A stretch of 64,000 nt of DNA from an uncultured Actinomycetota bacterium (lineage in GTDB: Bacteria > Actinomycetota > Geothermincolia > Geothermincolales > RBG-13-55-18). The notes beneath the pieces are model-generated. The model ran no database searches, was not told the origin of the DNA, and worked only from the letters and a program-made list of their open reading frames with translations. This document shows, piece after piece, positions 56,377-64,000 of the stretch. Every line of letters starts with the position of its first letter. The first letter of the stretch is position 1. Made by a program: the position numbers and the translations under genes. The DNA lies in the NCBI GenBank assembly GCA_964462595.1, contig CAYWXM010000032.1, forward strand, positions 22,465 through 86,464, in the 5' to 3' direction.

Positions 56377-58197
56377 TCATATCTCCAGTTTCGCGGATGG
56401 CACGCGACCCTCGGGATCCAGGCCGGAAAGCTCGTATATCTCGGCGAGCATCCTTTCCATGTTGGGCACCGAGCCGGCGTTTACCCCCTCCTCTGTCGGG
56501 GTCAGGGCCTTGGGGGGCAGGACGTCGTCGTCGCGCCCTGAGCCGCGCAGGTTGAGGATGTGCCGCTTGAGGTACCAGATGCGCCAGCCGCACTCCATCA
56601 GTTCGTCCAGGGTCCAGTCAAAACCAGTGGCGGCGCGCATCATATCCACCTGGTCTTCCAGGGAGAGGAAGGCGCCGATGAACTCGCACATGCACAGCGA
56701 GTTGAAGAGCTGCCCTACGGCCAGGCATTTCCAGGTTATACCGGCCTTGCCCTTGCTGGTCATGCCCCTGTAAGGACCCTTGAGGCCTATCTCGGGCCAG
56801 GAGCCCATGCCCCCCTCCACCAGCAGGTTGACGGAGTTGAGGTGACAGGCGCCGCGGGTGCCCATCACGTAACCCAGCCCGTAACCGTGGAAGCCGCGCG
56901 GGTCGTGGGCGGGAAAATCCATGCCGCGCACGGTGACCGCGAGCTCCGGCGCACCCAGCTCCGTGGCCAGCGCGAGCGAACCCTGGGCCATACTCTCTCC
57001 GAAACCCTCGCGGGCCGCGGTGAGCCGGATAGCCTCCAGGGCCGCCTCCATGTTCCCCCAGGAAAAATCCAGGCCGGTGCGGTCCTGCCCCGCTATGCCC
57101 TTCTCCTGGGCCTCCATGAGCACCGCGATTATCGATCCCATGGCGATAGTATCCATGCCCAGGCGGTTGCAGAGGTCGTTGGCTTTAGCCACCGCTTCCA
57201 GGCTGGGGTTCATGAGGTTGGTGCCCATCATGCACACCGTCTCGTACTCCGGACCGGCGTGCTCGTGCATGGCATAAGGGCCTTCGTCCACCTTTACCAC
57301 GCGCTTGCAGCGTACGGGGCAAGCGTAGCAGCCTATTATCTTCACCAGGATGTTGTCGTTGTAATAGAAGGAATTCAGGGTATCGAGGGAATCGATCCAC
57401 TCGCCCACGCTCCAGTTCTTCACCGGCACGTCGCCCGAGAACATGCCGGTGTCCAGGGCTCCGTTGGTCCCCAGCTCGTGCAGGGTACCGGCGAGGATGT
57501 GGCCCTTGAGCTTTTCCGCAAGTCGCTTGCTGATATCCCTGGCCGCTTCCGGGTCCGCATAGCCCATCTTGCCGCCACCGCGCACCGCCACCGCCTTAAG
57601 GTTCTTCGAGCCCCTCACCGCCCCCAGGCCGCAGCGTCCGGCGACGCTTCCGATCTCGTTTACTATGGCCGCGAAGCGCACCCCGTTCTCCCCCGCGGGC
57701 CCGATCTGCATGGTGCGCACGGCACCCCCGTCACCCTTGAGTTCCCCCTGCAGGCGCTCGTCGGTCTCGTAGGCGTCCAGGCCCCACAGGTGGGAGGCGT
57801 CCCGGATCTCCGCCTTTTCTCCGTCCAGCCAGAAATACACCGGCCCCGCCGCCTTGCCGATGAACACGATGCCGTCGTACCCGGCCTGCTTCACGCTCGC
57901 CCCGAACGAGCCCACGACGTTGCACTCCCCCCACAGGCCGTTCAGGGGAGACATGGCCACCACCGAGGACCTGCCGCTGCCGGGAAAGCTGCTTCCGGTC
58001 AGGGGGCCATCCATGAACATTAGGGGATTATCGGGCGAGAGGGGATCCACCAGGGGGTCCATCTCCTTGATAAAAAGATAGGCGGCAAGACCGGTGCCGC
58101 CGACATACTTGCGGTACAGCTCCTCCTCGAGTTCCTTCACCATTACCGTTCCGGTGCCCATGTCGACATGGAGATAACGCGCGGCAAAACCTTTCAT
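56377..58197 (-). CDS. aor: Aldehyde:ferredoxin oxidoreductase (tungsten-containing AOR family)
   Basis: AOR N-terminal domain. GGGAGGA RBS. 606 aa. Confidence 0.9.
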   Translation of the reverse strand: MKGFAARYLHVDMGTGTVMVKELEEELYRKYVGGTGLAAYLFIKEMDPLVDPLSPDNPLMFMDGPLTGSSFPGSGRSSVVAMSPLNGLWGECNVVGSFGASVKQAGYDGIVFIGKAAGPVYFWLDGEKAEIRDASHLWGLDAYETDERLQGELKGDGGAVRTMQIGPAGENGVRFAAIVNEIGSVAGRCGLGAVRGSKNLKAVAVRGGGKMGYADPEAARDISKRLAEKLKGHILAGTLHELGTNGALDTGMFSGDVPVKNWSVGEWIDSLDTLNSFYYNDNILVKIIGCYACPVRCKRVVKVDEGPYAMHEHAGPEYETVCMMGTNLMNPSLEAVAKANDLCNRLGMDTIAMGSIIAVLMEAQEKGIAGQDRTGLDFSWGNMEAALEAIRLTAAREGFGESMAQGSLALATELGAPELAVTVRGMDFPAHDPRGFHGYGLGYVMGTRGACHLNSVNLLVEGGMGSWPEIGLKGPYRGMTSKGKAGITWKCLAVGQLFNSLCMCEFIGAFLSLEDQVDMMRAATGFDWTLDELMECGWRIWYLKRHILNLRGSGRDDDVLPPKALTPTEEGVNAGSVPNMERMLAEIYELSGLDPEGRVPSAKLEI

Positions 58198-58315
58198 GCT
58201 TTTCCTCCCACTACAGGCTGATTACCCTTCACCCAGGGTCCTTCTCCACGGGCCGTCGCGGCCACGTGTCCCCGTTCCTCTGTCTCCCCCTGCCTCCCCG
58301 CCTTACCGCAAGCCT

Positions 58316-59176
58316 TCAGGCCCCCGGCCTATCGCTGGCCGGGGGCCTGACGCCCCAGACATAGACACAAGGCAGTATATCGCGGTAGGAAGGTTTGAGT
58401 GACTGCGCGGCCAGCCGCCGCGCCACCCTCCTGATCTCATCTTCGGACGCACCGTGCCCGCGCCAGCAGGCCGCCAGGCTGAACTCGCCGGGCAGACCGC
58501 TTTCGAACTCCTCCAGGGCTTCCTCCTCGCCAGCGAAGGGGCGGGTCACATCCGCGTGCCAGGTGAACGAGTCCACATCCTCGAAACCCGCCTCGACGAC
58601 GGCCTTCACGAGATCCGTGCGCTCGAACGAGTATGCCGGGTGCTGCCTTTCCAGGATCTGGCGCAGCTTTGCCCAGAGATAGGCCTCGTCTCCCCAATCG
58701 AGGGTCAGTTCCTCCTCCAGGAGAACCGGCTCGAAGATTGACAGTACGCCCCCGGGGCGCAATACGCGCGCGGCCTCCCGCAGTACGCTCGAGAGGTCCG
58801 GCATGTAGCTCAACACCGACCTCGCCACCACCGCGTCAACCGCGCCCACGTCCAGTGGCACGCTGGATATATCGGCCCGCAATGTGCGCAGATTGCCGAG
58901 ACCCATCTTCCCGGCCCTGTCCATCAGCTTATCCAGCGCCTCCGGGCTGGAGTCCACCGCGAACACCAGCCCCTCCGGCCCCACCAACCGGGCCGCTTCG
59001 AGTGATAGAAACCCCATGCCGCATCCCAGGTCCAGCACCCGGGAACCAGCCTTCAGACCGGCCTTGTGCACGACGCGGTCCCTCACCTGCGAACGAAGTA
59101 TACGCAGCTGGCGGTCGCCCGCGGCTCCCTCGCCGTCCGCTTCATCCAACCACTTAGCCCAGATGTCTGCCGGCAA
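58316..59176 (-). CDS. Class I SAM-dependent methyltransferase
   Basis: VLDLGCGMGFLS motif I. Confidence 0.8.
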   Translation of the reverse strand: MPADIWAKWLDEADGEGAAGDRQLRILRSQVRDRVVHKAGLKAGSRVLDLGCGMGFLSLEAARLVGPEGLVFAVDSSPEALDKLMDRAGKMGLGNLRTLRADISSVPLDVGAVDAVVARSVLSYMPDLSSVLREAARVLRPGGVLSIFEPVLLEEELTLDWGDEAYLWAKLRQILERQHPAYSFERTDLVKAVVEAGFEDVDSFTWHADVTRPFAGEEEALEEFESGLPGEFSLAACWRGHGASEDEIRRVARRLAAQSLKPSYRDILPCVYVWGVRPPASDRPGA

Positions 59177-59185
59177 TGCTGCGGG

Positions 59186-59620
59186 TCAGTCCTCCTCTTC
59201 CTCCTCGATGATCAGGTCCTCCAGGCCCTTCTCCTCGAGAAGTCCTGTATAGATATCGTAGGCAGGCTTGATCACGGGTAGCATCTTGAGCAGTTTCGGC
59301 ACCGAGCCCTCGGCCTGGATCTCCCCGCTGGAAAGGGCTCCCAGCAGGTTGAGCTGCCCGCACCAGAAAACGTGTGCCGTATCCAGTTCCATGGACAGGG
59401 TCGCATCGGGCTCCAGCTCCTCGGGCGGCCCGCCGGGATATACCTTTACCTCATCTCCCCTGCAATCGATCCAGTATTCACCCACCGGGTTGACGTAGGC
59501 GAACTTGACCAGCAGGTTGGAATCCAGGGCCTTCTGCCGGATGGCATCGTCCTTCATCAAGGTATCGAACACCGCCACCAGCAGGTCGTAGAACACCTGG
59601 ATATCTTCGAAATACGGCAT
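59186..59620 (-). CDS. SCP2 sterol/lipid-carrier domain protein
   Basis: SCP2-like fold sequence with acidic C-terminal tail. GAGGAGGAG RBS. Confidence 0.7.
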   Translation of the reverse strand: MPYFEDIQVFYDLLVAVFDTLMKDDAIRQKALDSNLLVKFAYVNPVGEYWIDCRGDEVKVYPGGPPEELEPDATLSMELDTAHVFWCGQLNLLGALSSGEIQAEGSVPKLLKMLPVIKPAYDIYTGLLEEKGLEDLIIEEEEED

Positions 59621-60033
59621 ATCGCTCCTCCTCTCAGGGTTATCACCATCACGCTATATCCTTTATCTCCACAAGCATCCTGCTTGAATCATCCATCCCC
59701 TTGTTCGCGCCGGGGAGAGGATGGTGCAAGGGCCCTCCGATGCTTCTCTTTCGTCCTAGGAGGGGTTTTATTGGACCTTTACCCGGAAGGCCCTTCACCA
59801 AACTTCTTACCGCCCCGTTTTCCCGCATGGCCGGCAGGCCACGCCAATACGGCTTGGCTTTCGGGGGGCCGGGAACGGTAAAAAACCCTGATATGCAAAA
59901 AGGGGATAAAAGAAAACGTGCCTTGCGGCGCGCGGACGAGGATAAATTAACACGGCGCCAGCCGGTATGTCAATGGACCGGGCCCGCAACGCTGCCGTCG
60001 AGAAAGGAATCCCCCGACCTGGCAGCTTCGGCC

Positions 60034-60768
60034 TTACCGCCGGGGATCGGGTGCTGGCTCCGGGCCGGGAAAGAGGCCGAGCAGGGCCGGCGGGTCGGGA
60101 ATCCAGTAATCGGGCTTCTCCGCCAGCAGCACCTCGCGCTCAAACGGGCCCCATGCCACGGCCCCCGCCAGCACCCCCGAGGCATGGGCGCAGCGCAGGT
60201 CGTAGGGGCTGTCGCCGATGAAAGTAGCCTTTTCGGGCGATGCTCCCAGCCTCCGCAGCGCCTCGAACACGGGCTCGGGATCGGGTTTATGCCTCGTGGT
60301 GTCGTTGGCGGTGATCACCACCTCGAAAAAGGGATCGAGGCGAAAGAACTTCAGGTCGGGACCTGCGCTCGACATACGCTTGGAGGTCACCAGGCCCAGG
60401 CTGTATCCCCTCTCCACCAGCCCGGCAAGCGCCTGCCCGATGCCGGGGAACTCCCGTGCCAGCTCGTCGTGATACCGGTCATAGACTCGCTGGTATAGAT
60501 AGAATATCTCCTCCGCCCGCTCCGGATCGATATCCCTTGCCTGCAGATGCAGGGGCCTCCCTATCTCGGCGAGGATCTGCGCTTCGCTGCGCGGCGGCAG
60601 GCCGAGGATGCGCAGGGTCTCCTGGAAGCAGAAGACGATGAGCTGGATGGTATCGGCCAGTGTGCCGTCGAGATCGAAAAGTATGTAACGTATGCCACCA
60701 AGCCCGGCGAACCCGTGTTCTTCGGCAACCGTATTATCTTCGTTGGCTATATTTTCGCTCACTTCCAC
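60034..60768 (-). CDS. HAD-family hydrolase (phosphatase)
   Basis: ILFDLDGTLADT motif I. Start codon (GTG) uncertain. Confidence 0.7.
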   Translation of the reverse strand: MEVSENIANEDNTVAEEHGFAGLGGIRYILFDLDGTLADTIQLIVFCFQETLRILGLPPRSEAQILAEIGRPLHLQARDIDPERAEEIFYLYQRVYDRYHDELAREFPGIGQALAGLVERGYSLGLVTSKRMSSAGPDLKFFRLDPFFEVVITANDTTRHKPDPEPVFEALRRLGASPEKATFIGDSPYDLRCAHASGVLAGAVAWGPFEREVLLAEKPDYWIPDPPALLGLFPGPEPAPDPRR

Positions 60769-60859
60769 GTCCCGTCAGATAACCGTCCCGGATCCCGCGG
60801 ATGCAGGCAGGAGCTGGGTCCGGTACGTTCCGGATACACGAGGGCCGCGAAAGACGCCA

Positions 60860-61489
60860 TCAAGATGCCTGGCGAAGGTGATAGGTGTCGTTGACCAGCG
60901 TGACCATGGATGTTTCCGGTATCCCACCGTCAAAATACCTGACGCAGGAGATGGAGGCCAGGTCTATCTGCAGGCGGAACATATCGTCCATGTCCATCTT
61001 GAGCGCCTCGCAGAGGATGCCGCGGATGGGGCCTCCATGGGCTACGACGAGCACCTGTTCCTCCCCTTTATGGCGGGAAGTTATCTCGCGGATAGAGGAC
61101 ATGACCCTTTCCTTGACCGCGTTGAAGTCCTCTCCACCCGGAATGTTCACCTGGGAGGGGTTGCGCATCCAGCGCTCCACCCTTTCGCTGTCCTCCTGGA
61201 AGAGTTTCGCGACAAACTGGCCATCCCACTCCCCCATGTCCACTTCCATCAGGCCCTGCACGGCCTCTACCTCCAGGCCGTGCTCCTCCGCCACGGGACT
61301 GGCCGTCTCCAGGCAGCGCCTCAAGGGGCTGCAATAGACGGCGTTCAGCATCGTGCCGCTAAAGAAGTCCTTCACGCGCGCGGCCTGTTGGTGACCATTA
61401 TCGTTGAGGCCCACATCCAGGCGACCCAGCAGGCGGTGCTGGACGTGGTAATCGGTCTCGCCATGCCTTAAAAGAAATACTGTTCCCAT
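60860..61489 (-). CDS. Histidine phosphatase family protein (phosphoglycerate-mutase-like)
   Basis: LLRHGETDYH catalytic RHG motif. Confidence 0.8.
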   Translation of the reverse strand: MGTVFLLRHGETDYHVQHRLLGRLDVGLNDNGHQQAARVKDFFSGTMLNAVYCSPLRRCLETASPVAEEHGLEVEAVQGLMEVDMGEWDGQFVAKLFQEDSERVERWMRNPSQVNIPGGEDFNAVKERVMSSIREITSRHKGEEQVLVVAHGGPIRGILCEALKMDMDDMFRLQIDLASISCVRYFDGGIPETSMVTLVNDTYHLRQAS

Positions 61490-61614
61490 GTTTCCTCATT
61501 CTATCCGTGTAAGCCGGCAGGTGGCAATGACGCCCGCCCCGGCGTGGGACCCTGGTTCCCTCGAGATGCCTTCCCAACCTGACGGACCGCGGACGCTATC
61601 GCGCGTTCCCATGT

Positions 61615-62202
61615 CTATAAAGCCTCCCCGGAGTATCCATGCTCGTAACTCTCCAGCGAAGGAGAACGGCCGCATACCAGGAACCCGGCTAGGGTACGCG
61701 CGTTCTTCACCCCCAGGTAGCGAAGGGATGCGCAAAGAAGCGCCACCCCCGCGAGCTCGCTGGTCCAGAAAAGCGGATCGCCCAGGTATTCCCGGATCTG
61801 TTCCAGGATGCTTCCGGTGGACGGATGCCTCTCGAAAGGCCCCAAAGCCGGCCAGTAGGCGGTGGCGGGCTCGATCCATATGCGGTCCAGCACCAGGTGG
61901 CTGGCTACCCCGCAGGCCAGGAGCAGGATGCGGCTGTCTCCTCGCCGCCTCCACTCGTATGTCCCGGCGACGAAGAGGAGTATCGACAGGGCGATGGTGT
62001 GGGTGAAGATACGGCCGTTCTCGAAGTAGGGCTTGAAGAGTACCTGGCCCACCGTCTTATCTACCAGGTCCGGCAGCACCGCCCCGGCGAGCAGCCATCT
62101 GAAGTCGGGGGCCTTATGCGCGAAACCCCGTTTCTCTCCCCAGCAGCCCGCCACCAGTGCAGCGGGCGCTACGGTAAATCCGAGATGGGCGGCGAGGAAC
62201 AC
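61615..62202 (-). CDS. Membrane-bound metal-dependent hydrolase (YdjM/DUF457-like)
   Basis: Multiple TM segments with conserved His/Asp (HLVLDR). Confidence 0.6.
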   Translation of the reverse strand: MFLAAHLGFTVAPAALVAGCWGEKRGFAHKAPDFRWLLAGAVLPDLVDKTVGQVLFKPYFENGRIFTHTIALSILLFVAGTYEWRRRGDSRILLLACGVASHLVLDRIWIEPATAYWPALGPFERHPSTGSILEQIREYLGDPLFWTSELAGVALLCASLRYLGVKNARTLAGFLVCGRSPSLESYEHGYSGEAL

Positions 62203-62205
62203 GCT

Positions 62206-62760
62206 TTATGCCTCCGGCTCCACCGTGTCCACGGGGAAGAGGGCCGGCTGTCCCTCCTCGGGCTCGGCCTTCTTGCGCTGAGACCTGCGCCGGGTGAGCG
62301 CGCTGTCATCAAGGGCCTGGTTGGCCAGGCCGTCCGCCTCGGCGTTTTCCTCGCGGGGGATATAGGCAATATCCCATTCCCTGTAGCGGCGCAGCATGGA
62401 CAACACCTGGGCGTTCGGGCTGAAAAGCGTCTTCTCCCTGACGCGGTATTCCCCTTTGACCTGCTTCGCCATAAGCTCGCTGTCGGTATATACGCGCAAC
62501 CTGTCCACCTCGAAAACCGAGAGCATCCGCAATGCATGTACCAGCGCCGTGTATTCGGCGTAATTGTTGGTGGTTTCGCCGATGGTCTCGCCGAACGCGG
62601 CGACCCTCTTTCCCTGCCGGGTCAATACCACCACCCCTATGGCGGCGGGCCCGGGGTTCCCGCGCGCGGCCCCGTCCACGTAGACGTGCAGCTCGTCGAA
62701 ACGCCTCGCGCCTTGAAAGGCGGGCTCCACCACGCTCCTCTTGTTCTTTCTCTTCTCCAA
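62206..62760 (-). CDS. rnhA: Ribonuclease HI
   Basis: YVDGAARGNPGPAAIGVV...YTDSE RNase H catalytic motifs. Confidence 0.85.
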   Translation of the reverse strand: MEKRKNKRSVVEPAFQGARRFDELHVYVDGAARGNPGPAAIGVVVLTRQGKRVAAFGETIGETTNNYAEYTALVHALRMLSVFEVDRLRVYTDSELMAKQVKGEYRVREKTLFSPNAQVLSMLRRYREWDIAYIPREENAEADGLANQALDDSALTRRRSQRKKAEPEEGQPALFPVDTVEPEA

Positions 62761-62803
62761 TCTCCACCGCCTCGTCCGGGCCCGGGTCCCCTGGCCGTCC
62801 CCT

Positions 62804-63511
62804 CTATTTCATCAGTATGCGGCCGCAGTTGGTGCAGGTAAACACGCCGTCAGATTTCAGAAAGCGATCGTATTCGATCCCGGGAAGCTCTACCCGGCAT
62901 CCCTGGCACACGCCGTCTATCACCTTCACCACCGCCAGGTTGTGCTTGCTCTTGAGCAGCCCGTCATAGAGCTCCAGCAGCTCTTCGTCAAGCTGGGAGC
63001 GCAGCTCGCTACGCTTATTCTCCAGCTCGGCGACCTCCGCCATGATCTCCGCTATATCCCCCTCGAGCACTGCTCTTTTCTCTTCTATCTCAGCCTGCAG
63101 CCGTTTTCGCCTCGATTGCATCTCCTCGAACTCGGCCTTGTCGGCATCCTGGCGCTCCATCTCCTCCAGCAACTCGGTTTCCAGCTCGTCCTTCTTCTTC
63201 TTCAGCGAGCGCACCTCGGCTTCCAGCCCGCGCAGCTCTTTCTGGTTGGTGACCTTGCCGTCGTAGAGCTTGCTTTCCTCGCGGCTAAGCTTCTCCTCCA
63301 GGGCTCGCACCCTGTCTTCCATCCCGCGCTGGTCCTTGAGCAACCTCTGCAGGGAAGCGGAAGCATCCTCTATCCCATCGGCCATCTCCACGTCTTTCTG
63401 TTCGAGCTCCTCGAGTTCCTTTTTCCCGGCGTGTTTTTCCTCCCGGCTGCGCAACTCCGAGATGCTGGTATCCAGTTCCTGAACCTGATATAAAGCCTCA
63501 AGCTGATTCAC
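62804..63511 (-). CDS. Zinc-ribbon/coiled-coil protein (COG1579 family, usually paired with Nif3)
   Basis: Long coiled coil, then CQGCRVELP...CTNCGRIL zinc ribbon. Confidence 0.8.
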   Translation of the reverse strand: MNQLEALYQVQELDTSISELRSREEKHAGKKELEELEQKDVEMADGIEDASASLQRLLKDQRGMEDRVRALEEKLSREESKLYDGKVTNQKELRGLEAEVRSLKKKKDELETELLEEMERQDADKAEFEEMQSRRKRLQAEIEEKRAVLEGDIAEIMAEVAELENKRSELRSQLDEELLELYDGLLKSKHNLAVVKVIDGVCQGCRVELPGIEYDRFLKSDGVFTCTNCGRILMK

Positions 63512-64000
63512 TTGGCACCTCCGGCGACCCAGGGATCCGTATGCTCTTCCGAGACGGTTATCTCCACCTCCAGGCCCGCCTCTCGCGCCCTTTCGTCCAG
63601 CAAGGACGCGAGGTGGGGCACCACCGGCCTCTCGGTCTGATAGTGACCCGCGTCTATGATGGCAAGGCCTGACTCGACCGCCTCCTTCGCCTCATGATAA
63701 CCGACATCTCCGGTTATCAGCACCTGTGCGCCCGCACCGAGTGCCGCCACGGCCAGTTTGGCCCCGCTTCCACCGCAGACGGCGACTCTGCTCACCGCCG
63801 TGGCGGGATCGCCGGCCATGCGCAGCGGGGGATCGCCCAGCAGCGTGCGGCACCTGCGGGCCAGTTCACCCAGGCTCATTGGAGCGCGAAGGTCACCCAC
63901 CATGCCCAGGCCGGCCCCGGATATGCTGTAGGTGCGATAGAGATCGTAGACCGGCTTTTCATAGGGATGGCTGTAGAGCAGGGCTTTCAATGCCTGTGCG
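63508..64000 (-). CDS. Nif3-family dinuclear metal-centre protein, C-terminal part (gene continues past the right edge)
   Basis: ITGDVGYHEAKEA...IIDAGHYQTE motifs. The ORF is open to the window end. It overlaps the downstream zinc-ribbon gene by 4 nt. Confidence 0.8.
   Translation of the reverse strand, partial: AQALKALLYSHPYEKPVYDLYRTYSISGAGLGMVGDLRAPMSLGELARRCRTLLGDPPLRMAGDPATAVSRVAVCGGSGAKLAVAALGAGAQVLITGDVGYHEAKEAVESGLAIIDAGHYQTERPVVPHLASLLDERAREAGLEVEITVSEEHTDPWVAGGAK

Noticed and set aside
1-64000. tRNA, rRNA, integrase or transposase genes
   Set aside because: Scanning intergenic regions by eye found no cloverleaf-like GC-rich 75-nt segments or rRNA-like sequence. No translated frame shows integrase or transposase motifs.

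Overview
High-GC (mostly about two-thirds G+C by eye) bacterial chromosomal segment, densely coding and mostly on the minus strand. It has the look of an anaerobe-type metabolism: a tungsten aldehyde:ferredoxin oxidoreductase, a 2-hydroxyacyl-CoA dehydratase alpha/beta pair, a Tat ferredoxin with a NapH-like membrane protein, GlcD/GlcF-like modules and many flavoenzymes. Positions ~160-10,600 are a conspicuously AT-richer island of foreign appearance. It carries a three-gene modification-dependent (type IV) restriction operon: a McrB-like GTPase, a long McrC-like DUF2357/DUF524 nuclease, and a reader-HNH endonuclease. It also carries three toxin-antitoxin modules (HTH-MNT/HEPN, MntA with a decayed HepT remnant, and RHH/PIN) and a few hypothetical genes. 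The island begins exactly at the start codon of a partial native gene at the left window edge. Outside the island the most interesting items are these. (1) A peroxiredoxin/thioredoxin-fold ORF interrupted by an in-frame TGA in a TW-U-PHC context, with a hairpin just downstream, which is a candidate selenoprotein. (2) An unusual concentration of paralogous geranylgeranyl-reductase-like flavoproteins (four copies with the GDAAG motif replaced by G(T/K)LAG), together with PPOX-like, CrtI-like, VAO-type and GlcD/GlcF-like genes, AOR, a SAM methyltransferase and an SCP2 lipid-carrier protein. This is possibly an undescribed isoprenoid/lipid tailoring system. (3) Two families of short dispersed repeats sharing a GGGGTCAGG core. 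One is identical 25-mers flanking a lipoprotein gene with a related tandem pair. The other is a 26-mer present as an exact inverted copy 16 kb away and as a local large hairpin. (4) Several large multidomain fusions (HAD/trehalose-phosphatase/GH65, 1324 aa; SDR-CocE/NonD hydrolase, 968 aa; tandem isochorismatase). (5) Candidate operators, including a perfect 18-bp palindrome beside a TetR gene. No rRNA, tRNA, CRISPR array or recognisable transposase/integrase was seen.
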